Shown in pieces: positions 1 through 8,395 of a stretch of DNA of 64,000 bases; position 1 is the first letter of the stretch, and every line of letters begins with the position of its first letter. Source of the DNA: Candidatus Margulisiibacteriota bacterium. Its GTDB lineage: Bacteria > Margulisbacteria > WOR-1 > XYC2-FULL-46-14. The notes below the pieces were generated by a model. The model worked only from the letters and a program-made list of their open reading frames with translations, had not been told where the DNA came from and did not search any database. Position numbers and translations under genes: made by a program. The stretch is taken from positions 5,551 through 69,550 of the forward strand of contig JBHPMS010000002.1 in NCBI GenBank assembly GCA_042563095.1, read 5' to 3'.

Positions 1-1200
1 GATACGACACTTCCGTACATCCAGGTTGTTCCATATCGCAGACCGGCCCTTACTTCATAGTTTGAATCTGGCAGGAGCCCTGAACGGGTATAACTGTAAC
101 TGCCGGAACCCGATTGGGTAACAGTGCGTGCAGTTGTCCAGCTGGTTGCACCCTGTATACGGTATTGTAACCTGATACTGCCAGTTAAATAAGTCTTAAA
201 ATCGAAGGTACAGTTTAATGTTGCGCTGGCCGGCATTACATTTGTAACCGGGTCGGTAACAATAATTGGCATATCGGCCGCGGATCCAGTTGTAAATGTA
301 ACTATATCACCATAAATCCAGGTTGTTCCGTATCTTAAACGGGCGCGAACTTCATAATTTGTATCCGGAGTAAGTCCGCTGCGGGTATAGCTCCGCGTGC
401 CTGATCCAGATAAAGTGGCATTCCCTGCATTGGTCCAGGTGGTTACTCCAGAAATACGGTATTGAAAACCGACAATTCCGGAACTGTAAACCTTGAAATC
501 GTAGGTAGCATTAAATGTAGCACTGGCGGGTAAAATATCTGAAACTGGATCAGTTGCAATAGTTGGAACTTCTGCAGCTGAACCGGTTGTAAAAGCTACA
601 ATACTACCGTACATCCAGGTTGTTCCATATTGCAAACCGGCCCTTACTTCATAGTTTGAATCTGGCAGGAGCCCTGAACGGGTATAACTAAAAGAACCGG
701 CACCGGAGCGGGTTACAGTCCTAACAGTGGTCCAGCTGGGAGCTCCCTGTAATCTCATCTGAAATCTTAACCGCCCGGAAGAATAAGCAGCAAAATCATA
801 GGTCATGTTAAAAGTAGCGCTGGCGGGCATAATATCAGTAACTCCGTCAGTAGAAACGGTGGGTAAACCGCCCGCATCACCAGTATTAACCGGGACTATT
901 GCACCAGAAGACCATACTCCCAGATGCCTGATTTGTGCACGATAAACATAATTGGTTTCGGGATTTAAACCTGATCTGGTGTAAGCTCTGGTGCCGGACC
1001 CGGTTACATTTGCGCCCCCCATATTTGTCCAGGTGCTAACACTAACATCACGAAATTGGAATCTTACCCGGCAGGAAAAGCTAAGGCAGTCATATTTCAT
1101 ATTTAAAGTTGCACTGGCAGGTAAGACATTGGTTGGAGCTTTGGTAGTAACAATCGGTTCAGTATATATATGTACATGAGGATCAACTCGATTATCTAAA
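1..1200. repeat. Tandem 297-bp (99-codon) coding repeat, at least 4 copies; alternate copies are most similar (e.g. 11-100 vs 605-690 near-identical)
   Basis: Direct inspection: the block CCGTACATCCAGGTTGTTCCATAT...CCCTTACTTCATAGTTTGAATCTGGCAGGAGCCCTGAACGGGTATAACT recurs at about 11, about 308 (diverged) and about 605. The period is a multiple of 3 and the frame stays open. Confidence 0.8.
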
Positions 1201-1502
1201 TTATCATCTTCATACGGATCGCCCATCGGACATTTGGGTGCACCCTCTGGATAATAGTTGGTATCAGAATACAGCTCAGAAGGAGTTGGATACGTCGCCA
1301 GTCCACGGTTAACAAATTTTAATTCCAACTGTTCGTTTATTGATGCAACATTTGAATTACAACTGTTTTGCCTGGCATCATTTGATGATGCAACATAGCG
1401 TGGAATGGCAATTGATGAAAGGATACCAATACTAACCACCACGATCATAATTTCTATAATCGTAAATCCTGAACGTTTTCCCTTTTTAAATAAATTTCTA
1501 AT
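1..1502 (-). CDS. Type IV pilin-like protein with tandem FN3-like 99-aa repeats (3' end beyond window; start codon uncertain)
   Basis: The reverse complement is one open frame from about 1502 to position 1 with no stop. Because the stop lies off-window, the ORF track does not list it. The N-terminus reads ...KKGKRSG|FTIIEIMIVVVSIGILSSIAIP, a prepilin cleavage/methylation motif with Glu at +5. About 110 aa later there are at least 4 tandem 99-aa repeats (PASATxN..YDF....G...FQ.R..G...W......T.SGSG..SYTRSGL.PD.NYEVRA.L.YGTTW.YG) resembling fibronectin-III. There is no in-frame ATG/GTG/TTG between the upstream TAG and the motif. Candidate starts are ATT at 1502..1500 or ATG at 1448..1446. Confidence 0.6.
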   Translation of the reverse strand, partial: MRNLFKKGKRSGFTIIEIMIVVVSIGILSSIAIPRYVASSNDARQNSCNSNVASINEQLELKFVNRGLATYPTPSELYSDTNYYPEGAPKCPMGDPYEDDNLDNRVDPHVHIYTEPIVTTKAPTNVLPASATLNMKYDCLSFSCRVRFQFRDVSVSTWTNMGGANVTGSGTRAYTRSGLNPETNYVYRAQIRHLGVWSSGAIVPVNTGDAGGLPTVSTDGVTDIMPASATFNMTYDFAAYSSGRLRFQMRLQGAPSWTTVRTVTRSGAGSFSYTRSGLLPDSNYEVRAGLQYGTTWMYGSIVAFTTGSAAEVPTIATDPVSDILPASATFNATYDFKVYSSGIVGFQYRISGVTTWTNAGNATLSGSGTRSYTRSGLTPDTNYEVRARLRYGTTWIYGDIVTFTTGSAADMPIIVTDPVTNVMPASATLNCTFDFKTYLTGSIRLQYRIQGATSWTTARTVTQSGSGSYSYTRSGLLPDSNYEVRAGLRYGTTWMYGSVV

Positions 1503-1503
1503 G

Positions 1504-3078
1504 TTATGTTCCTGTGGTTTGCTGGTTAATGTATTCTAAAAACAGATCGAGATTAATATCAAATTTGTCCGGATGGTCAGCAAAGTAATGGTTCCACTCG
1601 CCCTCTGCATCTAACGCAATAGCATAAGGTAAATATTCTTTATATAAAGCATTATTTTTTGATGGAGGATTAAGGTTGGCAATACTTTTATCTTCGGCAC
1701 CGGCCAGGTAAATGTTAAAGCCATTAATTTTTGAAATAATTATATTTCCGGCAATTCCACCTGATTTTATTATACTTGCAAAAAAGAAGTTAATTGATAT
1801 AAGACACATCAAAATTAGCGGATTCCAGAACGAATAAAAGATAATGCCCAATCCAATTAAAGTTGACAATAAATAAACTGCAACTGAAAATAGTATCGCG
1901 GGCATGATGTATTTTAAAGAATAAATCATTAAAGCATTTCTACGGCTGGCTTTGATCGAATCCCTGATCTTATCTCTCAGGTCCTGTTTTCTGCTTTGCG
2001 AAATAGTATTAAGGCTAACGCTCTGGCCGACATTAAAAAGGGCCAGGGTCAATAGTTTTTCTTCCGGCAAAAGAAAGCTTTTACTAACTGCTTTTTTTTC
2101 TAAAACAAAATCGATGCTGCCCTCTTTTTCGGTTTGGTTTATCTTAATGCAATCTTTAACTGCCATATTTATAATAATTGCAGCAACAGACTTACTGTCA
2201 AGGAGTTTAGTTATAAAAAAACGGGCCATAGCAGGATAAATTTTTGCCGGCGGCTCAAAGCCGGGGGATATTTTGTGTTGTTTAATCCTCAGGCGGACTG
2301 TAAATAAAATTATTACATAATATGCTAATAATAAAATAATGCCAAGCAAACCAATAAATGTTCCAAGATTGTCTTTTAAGAGCCGCTGGTAGATTGCTCC
2401 CTGCCCGCTCTCTTTTATAATTCCTTTTGGCCAGCGCAGCAAAACCGCATAACTGCATTTTGGCGGGAGCGGATCAGAAAAAGAAAAATAAAACTTACCT
2501 GCATCCTTGGAAGCTTCAAAGTTTTTCACCTCATCACCGGAGGGGGCCTTAAAAGCTTTAGCGAGTAAAAGTTTTTCAGTGATTCCGACCGGAACACTAA
2601 TTTCTGTATCAACATGACCAACCGGATATTCCCAGTCGCTTCCGCTAACTTCGAGAATTATTTCATCAAAACTTTCGCGGTAATTTATTTGCCCGGTGGT
2701 GCGGTAAGTTAGTTTATAAACATATTCATCCGGTGCAATTAAAATGTCTTTGCTGCCCAAAAATGCCCTTTTCCCTTTTGGGATATTTTCGATCCAAAAA
2801 TCAATTAATTCTCCATCGCGTGTTACAGAAATAACTTCAAATTTTCTAACATGGTTGAACCCGTATTGATCAACTGTATTTGTAATGAAGTCGCGGTGGA
2901 TTCCAGAAATTGTCTGATCCTGTTTTATGTCGGCTTTAATTGTTTCGGTGACTACAATTGAGCGGTCAAATCCGAGGGAAGATTCGCTATCAAATGATAG
3001 AATTTTTTCTTCTTGTGCCAGGCTAAATTGTAACATTGAAACAAAAAGTATAAAAATATATGCTATTAGCTTTTTCAT
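1504..3078 (-). CDS. Membrane protein with N-terminal signal peptide, extracytoplasmic domain and C-terminal TM bundle (DUF2207-like)
   Basis: 524 aa. The N-terminus MKKLIAYIFILFVSMLQFSLA looks like a signal peptide and there are multiple hydrophobic segments in the C-terminal half. Architecture recalled as DUF2207-like. Confidence 0.4.
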   Translation of the reverse strand: MKKLIAYIFILFVSMLQFSLAQEEKILSFDSESSLGFDRSIVVTETIKADIKQDQTISGIHRDFITNTVDQYGFNHVRKFEVISVTRDGELIDFWIENIPKGKRAFLGSKDILIAPDEYVYKLTYRTTGQINYRESFDEIILEVSGSDWEYPVGHVDTEISVPVGITEKLLLAKAFKAPSGDEVKNFEASKDAGKFYFSFSDPLPPKCSYAVLLRWPKGIIKESGQGAIYQRLLKDNLGTFIGLLGIILLLAYYVIILFTVRLRIKQHKISPGFEPPAKIYPAMARFFITKLLDSKSVAAIIINMAVKDCIKINQTEKEGSIDFVLEKKAVSKSFLLPEEKLLTLALFNVGQSVSLNTISQSRKQDLRDKIRDSIKASRRNALMIYSLKYIMPAILFSVAVYLLSTLIGLGIIFYSFWNPLILMCLISINFFFASIIKSGGIAGNIIISKINGFNIYLAGAEDKSIANLNPPSKNNALYKEYLPYAIALDAEGEWNHYFADHPDKFDINLDLFLEYINQQTTGT

Positions 3079-3332
3079 GTAATACTGATGCTATAAACTT
3101 CAATTACCGGATTGGCAAGCAGTTTGTTGCACATCTCTTCCACCTCTGCCTTTGCCTTATCCTCCGGTAATTTGTCCGGGATTTCAAATTCCAGATACCT
3201 GCCGATTCTCATGTTAGAAACATTTTTATGCCCGAGTGAGTGGAGCGCCTGTTCAACTGTTTTACCCTGCGGATCAAGGACTCCTTTTTTATTTTTTACG
3301 AATACTTTAACCTTTTTTGTTTTTGCTTTCAC
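3075..3332 (-). CDS. purS: Phosphoribosylformylglycinamidine synthase subunit PurS
   Basis: 85 aa. VKVFVKNKKGVLDPQGKTVEQALHSLGH...MRIGRYLEFEI matches the PurS fold signature. It overlaps purB by ATGA-type coupling. Confidence 0.85.
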   Translation of the reverse strand: MKAKTKKVKVFVKNKKGVLDPQGKTVEQALHSLGHKNVSNMRIGRYLEFEIPDKLPEDKAKAEVEEMCNKLLANPVIEVYSISIT

Positions 3333-4623
3333 TTATTCCTAACCTCTTATAAATTGTTTTGATGTTTCTTAAAAAGTAAGCGGTGCTGAACACATTGTCA
3401 ATTTCTTTAAGGCTTAAATGTTTAATGATCCGCTTATCTTCCATGACCAGCACTTTTAAATTAGTATCGGTTTCTCTGGCCTTCATGGCATTTTCCTGGA
3501 CCAATTTGTAGGCTTCTTCCCGCTTTAAACCTTTATTGGTTAGCATCAGAAGTAACCTTTGAGAATACACCAATCCTTTAGTCAGCTCAATATTCTTTTT
3601 CATCCTGTCCGGAAATACTTTGAGGTCGTTAATTACTACGATCATCTTATTGAGCATGTAATCAATCAGGATTGTGCTATCCGGAAGCATAATTCGCTCA
3701 GTTGAAGAATGGCTGATATCCCGCTCGTGCCAGAGCGCAATATTTTCAAGCGCAACCAGTGAATTAGCCCTTATAATCCTTGCCAATCCGCAAATCCTTT
3801 CACATACAATCGGATTCTTTTTATGCGGCATGGCCGAGGACCCTTTCTGCCCTTTCCTGAAAGGTTCTTCAACCTCTCCTACTTCAGTCCGCTGCAATCC
3901 GCGTATTTCGGTTGCAATCTTTTCTAATGTCCCTGCAATAATTGCCAGAGTCGTTAAAAATTGGGCATGCCGGTCACGCTGCACGATCTGGGAAGAGACG
4001 GGTGAAGGATTTAATTCTAATTTATCACAGGCAATCTCTTCTACTCTTGGATCGATATTTGAATAAGTTCCAACCGCGCCCGAAATCTTGCCAAATGAGA
4101 TAACTTCTTTTGCTTCATTCATCCGTTTCAGGTTACGTTGCATCTCTTCGGCATAAATTGCCATTTTTAATCCGAAGCTGGTCGGTTCAGCATGAATACC
4201 ATGGGAGCGACCGATCATAACTGTATTCTTATGTTTGCGGGCAGTCTTTTTTAGTGTAAGAATAAACCTTTCGATATCTTCTATTATAATATCTGAAGCT
4301 TCTTTTAATTGCAGCGAAAGTGCAGTATCAACTACATCAGATGAAGTCATGCCCATATGGATATACCTTGAGTCCTGTCCAACATTTTCGGCAACGGAGG
4401 TTAAAAAGGCAATTACATCATGGTCAACGGTTTTTTCAATTTTATTAATCCTTTCTATCGAAAACTCAGCTTTATTTATAATCTTTTTTAACGATTTAGC
4501 AGGGATTTTATTAAGCTTTCCCCAGGCTTCGCAGGCGGCAATTTCTACAGCTAACCATTTTTGGAATTTGTTCTCTTCGGTCCAAATACTCCCCATCTTC
4601 TCAAGCGTATAACGATCTATCAT
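3307..4623 (-). CDS. purB: Adenylosuccinate lyase
   Basis: 438 aa. MIDRYTLEKMGSIW...SSAMPHKKNP (fumarate-lyase signature S-S-x-M-P-x-K-x-N). Confidence 0.9.
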   Translation of the reverse strand: MIDRYTLEKMGSIWTEENKFQKWLAVEIAACEAWGKLNKIPAKSLKKIINKAEFSIERINKIEKTVDHDVIAFLTSVAENVGQDSRYIHMGMTSSDVVDTALSLQLKEASDIIIEDIERFILTLKKTARKHKNTVMIGRSHGIHAEPTSFGLKMAIYAEEMQRNLKRMNEAKEVISFGKISGAVGTYSNIDPRVEEIACDKLELNPSPVSSQIVQRDRHAQFLTTLAIIAGTLEKIATEIRGLQRTEVGEVEEPFRKGQKGSSAMPHKKNPIVCERICGLARIIRANSLVALENIALWHERDISHSSTERIMLPDSTILIDYMLNKMIVVINDLKVFPDRMKKNIELTKGLVYSQRLLLMLTNKGLKREEAYKLVQENAMKARETDTNLKVLVMEDKRIIKHLSLKEIDNVFSTAYFLRNIKTIYKRLGISESKNKKG

Positions 4624-4643
4624 ATAGCACCTCTTTGTGGGGA

Positions 4644-5696
4644 TTATAGCACAATACTTTTAATTTCATCAATAAGTGCATCAACCATTTCAGCCTCGGA
4701 TACTTTGCGGACGACCTCGCCAAAGCGGAAAATGAGGCCGACCCCGTTACCGCCGGCTAAACCAACGTCAGCATCGGCGGCTTCCCCGGGTCCATTCACC
4801 TCGCATCCCATGATGGCGACTTTTAGCGGATTTTTAATGTTTCTGGTCCTGGCTTCAACTTCGGTTGCAATCTTTTCAACATCGATTTCCATCCTGCCGC
4901 AGGTTGGACAAGAGATAATAGTTGTTCCATGCTCAATCAGCTCCAATGATTTTAAAATTTCAATCCCAACTCTCACCTCTTCTACCGGACTCCCGGTGAG
5001 TGAAACGCGAATAGTATCCCCTATCCCTTTTGTTAAAATGGAACCGATCCCAACGGCTGAGCGGATTATTCCGGTTTTTGGAATGCCAGACTCAGTAATT
5101 CCAACATGTAATGGATAATCAGTTTGTTTTGAAATTAATTCATAAGCTTTGATTGTAGTTGGAACTGAGGTTGCTTTAATTGAGATAACAATGTCATGAA
5201 AATCGAGCTTTTCAAGAATTTTAACGTTTCTTAATGCACCCTCAACTAAAGCTTCTGCAGCTGGACGGGTATATTTTTTAATAAGTTCTTTTTCGAGTGA
5301 ACCAGAATTTACTCCAATCCTGATCGGAATATTAGCTGCTTTGCAGGCGGACACGACTTTCTCAATTTTGTCCCCTCCACCGATATTTCCTGGATTAATC
5401 CTGATCTTGTCAGCTCCCTCATTTACCGCAATAATTGCCAATTTATGATTAAAATGGATATCAGCCACCAGTGGAATTGAGATTTGGGATTTGATTTTTG
5501 AGATTGCTTTTGCATCATCTTCAGTTTTAACTGCTGAGCGGATAATCTGGCAGCCGGCCTGTTCTAATTCTTTAATTTGCCTGACTGTTGCAGTAACATC
5601 ACGGGTGTGGGTTTTAGTCATTGACTGGATTGCAATTGGATTATCGTTGCCGATTTTAACTGATCCGATTTTTATTTCTTTGGTCTGGCGGGGCAT
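4644..5696 (-). CDS. ispG: 4-hydroxy-3-methylbut-2-enyl diphosphate synthase (flavodoxin)
   Basis: 350 aa. IKIGSVKIGNDNPIAIQSMTKT, and CPTCGR...GCEVNGPGEAA (4Fe-4S Cys ligands). Confidence 0.9.
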   Translation of the reverse strand: MPRQTKEIKIGSVKIGNDNPIAIQSMTKTHTRDVTATVRQIKELEQAGCQIIRSAVKTEDDAKAISKIKSQISIPLVADIHFNHKLAIIAVNEGADKIRINPGNIGGGDKIEKVVSACKAANIPIRIGVNSGSLEKELIKKYTRPAAEALVEGALRNVKILEKLDFHDIVISIKATSVPTTIKAYELISKQTDYPLHVGITESGIPKTGIIRSAVGIGSILTKGIGDTIRVSLTGSPVEEVRVGIEILKSLELIEHGTTIISCPTCGRMEIDVEKIATEVEARTRNIKNPLKVAIMGCEVNGPGEAADADVGLAGGNGVGLIFRFGEVVRKVSEAEMVDALIDEIKSIVL

Positions 5697-6622
5697 TAGA
5701 GGCTGGCTTTGCCGGTAATAATTTTAAATGCTTCTAAATATTTTTCCCTGGTTTTTAGAACCACTTCTTCAGAGAGTGCCGGTGCCGGAGGCTCTTTTTT
5801 CCATTTGATTGATACTAAATAGTCCCTGACAAACTGTTTATCAAAACTGGCCTGGGATTTTCCAGGAGTGTACTGGTCTTTTGGCCAAAAGCGGGATGAA
5901 TCAGGAGTTAAAACCTCGTCAATTAAAATAACATTCCCGCCAACTTCGCCAAATTCAAATTTGGTGTCTGCAATGATAACACCCCTGCTAAGGGCATAAG
6001 CAGCAGCTTTTTGATATATATTGATACTCTGGCTCATTAAAATATTAGTGATCTCACCGCCTACTTTATCGCGCATCTGTTTTTCGGTAATTGGCAGGTC
6101 GTGCCCGGATTCTGCTTTGGTAGTTGGAGTAAAGATTGGGTGAGGTAATTTATCAGATTCTTTTAAATCGTCCGGTAATTTTACACCACAGACCGATCCG
6201 TTTAAGCGGTAATCTTTCCAACCAGAGCCAGACAGGTATCCCCTGACTACACATTCAATTGGGATTACTTCACTTTTCTTAACCAGTACAGTCCTCTTTT
6301 TTAGCTGGTCTTTATACTTTTGGAATTGTTCAGGGAAGTCTTTAACATCTTCACTTATAATATGGTTTGCAATCAGGTCGCTGGTAAAGCTGAACCAAAA
6401 ATTAGAGATCTGGGTTAAGATTTTACCTTTGTCTGGAATCCCATTTGGCATGACCGAATCGAAGGCTGAAATCCGGTCTGATGCTACAATTAATAATTTA
6501 TCGCCAAGATCAAAAATATCGCGCACTTTACCGCTTTTTGTTATTGGGATGTCTTTCAATTCTGTCTTAAGCATTGCATCAGGCATTGTTTTTATTATAA
6601 CGTAATTTACTTTTGAAGACAA
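5696..6622 (-). CDS. purC: Phosphoribosylaminoimidazole-succinocarboxamide synthase (long form)
   Basis: 308 aa. GKVRDIFDLGDKLLIVASDRISAFD. Confidence 0.9.
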   Translation of the reverse strand: MSSKVNYVIIKTMPDAMLKTELKDIPITKSGKVRDIFDLGDKLLIVASDRISAFDSVMPNGIPDKGKILTQISNFWFSFTSDLIANHIISEDVKDFPEQFQKYKDQLKKRTVLVKKSEVIPIECVVRGYLSGSGWKDYRLNGSVCGVKLPDDLKESDKLPHPIFTPTTKAESGHDLPITEKQMRDKVGGEITNILMSQSINIYQKAAAYALSRGVIIADTKFEFGEVGGNVILIDEVLTPDSSRFWPKDQYTPGKSQASFDKQFVRDYLVSIKWKKEPPAPALSEEVVLKTREKYLEAFKIITGKASL

Positions 6623-7316
6623 GGAACAAAAACCTGGGCAAAGCCAGCTGCCTCTTCCATCTCCACGGTTCGGTGATCAGCCGATAGAGCCATTCGATAT
6701 ACAGTCTTTGGAAAATATTAGGTGCCCGCCTCTTATAGCCAGAAATAACATCCATCGCTCCACCAATCCCGACCGAAACCGGGACCTTTAACTCATTTAA
6801 GTATTTTGCCAGCCACTTTTCTTGCCGGCCCGCGCCTAATCCGGCAAAAAGAATGTCCGGTTTGGCAGCCTTTATCTGGGTGATGATTGTGCCATCATGT
6901 TCAAAATACCCATCGTGAATGCCGACAATCTTTATACCCGGATAACTTTCCTTTAGTTGCTTAGCTGCCTTTTCAGCGATACCCAGCTTACCACCCAGAA
7001 GAAAAATACGGTATTCCTTTTTTGCTGCTTGTTCTGATAACTTTAGCATAAAATCAATGCCAGAAACCCTTTCTTTAAGTGGTTTTTTGAGTAATTTTGA
7101 GACTACTACCATAGATATCCCGTCTGCCAGTCGGAGCGCTGCGTTGTTAATAATGCTTTTTAAAAGGAAGTCGTTTTGAGCCCTGACAATCATTTCGGGA
7201 TTTGGGGTGACGATTAATTGCGGCTCTTTATGGTTAATAAGTTGTTCTGTCTCAGCGACTGCCTTATTTAAAGTCAGGTTGTTTACTTTTATATCTGAGA
7301 ACTCGATAATCATCAC
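6579..7316 (-). CDS. WecB/TagA/CpsF-family glycosyltransferase (GT26, ManNAc transferase-like)
   Basis: 245 aa. LIVTPNPEMIV...LADGISMVVVSKLL...RVSGIDFMLKL...RIFLLGGK is the family pattern. Confidence 0.75.
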   Translation of the reverse strand: MMIIEFSDIKVNNLTLNKAVAETEQLINHKEPQLIVTPNPEMIVRAQNDFLLKSIINNAALRLADGISMVVVSKLLKKPLKERVSGIDFMLKLSEQAAKKEYRIFLLGGKLGIAEKAAKQLKESYPGIKIVGIHDGYFEHDGTIITQIKAAKPDILFAGLGAGRQEKWLAKYLNELKVPVSVGIGGAMDVISGYKRRAPNIFQRLYIEWLYRLITEPWRWKRQLALPRFLFLVFKSKLRYNKNNA

Positions 7317-8395
7317 CTTTGCCGCATCGGGGTTATAACTGCGTCAAAATTTAGGATGGTTTTACCGTATAACTTTTTCCTGGTAAAATCAAGGCTTTTA
7401 ATTACCCCTTCCCGATTGTCCTGCAATTGTTTGAACATTCTGACTATCTCATCCGGATTAAGCTGAGCTTGTTCTACCCAGGGGAGTGAAAATTCATCCA
7501 TAAATGCCTGGACCTTTGGATCATATGAGATTCCAATCGCAGGTACCAGTGAAGCTGCTGCAAAGATTAAAGAGTGAAGGCGCATACCAAGCAGATAATC
7601 CATCTCTTTTATCAAACCTAATATTTCAGCGGCGGAATAATCTCCTCTAATCAATTTGGCCGGTTGCTGCATTTTATCAATAACCTTTTCTGAAGCAGCA
7701 ATATCTCCCGGATACTGTAGCGGGATGAAAACAATTTCGGCGTTAAATTTTTTTACAATCAGGTCGCAAGCTTCGGCTAACCGGGGTAAAACCTTAGTCC
7801 ACATTTTGTAAGGCCTGACCGCTATCCCAAACAGCGGCCGTTTATTAAAGTTTATTCCCTCTTGCTTTAAAAGGCTGCTAATGTTTTTCGGTTGCAAACT
7901 TAAGGCTGGATCAACTGTTTCCATCAGCATCGTTTTGGGAGAGTTTAAGGCTTTTACAAGATCATAAGATTTTTTTTCTCTAACTGTAACAACCGTGCTT
8001 TTTTCAATGATCTTTTTTAAAATGATCCGATTAATTTTTGAGCCGATCGGTCCTATACCCTGCGCAATAATAAAAGTTTTTTTGTTAAGTAATTGGGCTA
8101 GGCCGGTCAATGCCGCATAATACAAAAAACTGCGCCGGCTGGTCCGGTCTTGTAAAAGTCCTCCGCCGCCAAGTGCAAAACCATCGCATTTCAAGAGCTC
8201 AAAAACAATACGCATAAGGTTATGCCGGGAGACCGATTTTACATTAAACTTAATTGCTGTTTGTTGCGGAGTGTTTGAGAGGACCGTCAGATCTATTATA
8301 TTGCCTCTTTCTCTGAAACCGTTAATCAATGACTCAAGAATCGCTTCATCACCAGTATTTTTGAAACCGTAATAGCCGCAGAGGAGTAGTTTCAT
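7313..8395 (-). CDS. csaB: Polysaccharide pyruvyl transferase CsaB-like
   Basis: 360 aa. The N-terminus MKLLLCGYYGFKNTGDEAILESLI is typical of CsaB/PS pyruvyl transferases. It is co-operonic with the TagA-like gene. Confidence 0.7.
   Translation of the reverse strand: MKLLLCGYYGFKNTGDEAILESLINGFRERGNIIDLTVLSNTPQQTAIKFNVKSVSRHNLMRIVFELLKCDGFALGGGGLLQDRTSRRSFLYYAALTGLAQLLNKKTFIIAQGIGPIGSKINRIILKKIIEKSTVVTVREKKSYDLVKALNSPKTMLMETVDPALSLQPKNISSLLKQEGINFNKRPLFGIAVRPYKMWTKVLPRLAEACDLIVKKFNAEIVFIPLQYPGDIAASEKVIDKMQQPAKLIRGDYSAAEILGLIKEMDYLLGMRLHSLIFAAASLVPAIGISYDPKVQAFMDEFSLPWVEQAQLNPDEIVRMFKQLQDNREGVIKSLDFTRKKLYGKTILNFDAVITPMRQR

Noticed and set aside
1-1500. The repetitive block at the window start was considered as a CRISPR array, satellite or non-coding repeat. 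No ORF is listed here on either strand apart from one short antisense ORF (991..1179).
   Set aside because: The period is 297 bp (exactly 99 codons) with no spacer/repeat alternation. The reverse strand is a single uninterrupted reading frame with a pilin N-terminus, so it is a coding tandem repeat whose stop lies off-window.
1952-5118. Several long ORFs antisense to well-supported genes, e.g. 1952..2239 (+), 3674..4066 (+), 4235..4612 (+), 4561..5118 (+, 185 aa).
   Set aside because: They overlap purB, ispG and the membrane protein on the opposite strand, and their low-complexity composition (S/T/P/I-rich) is typical of antisense reading of AT-rich genes.
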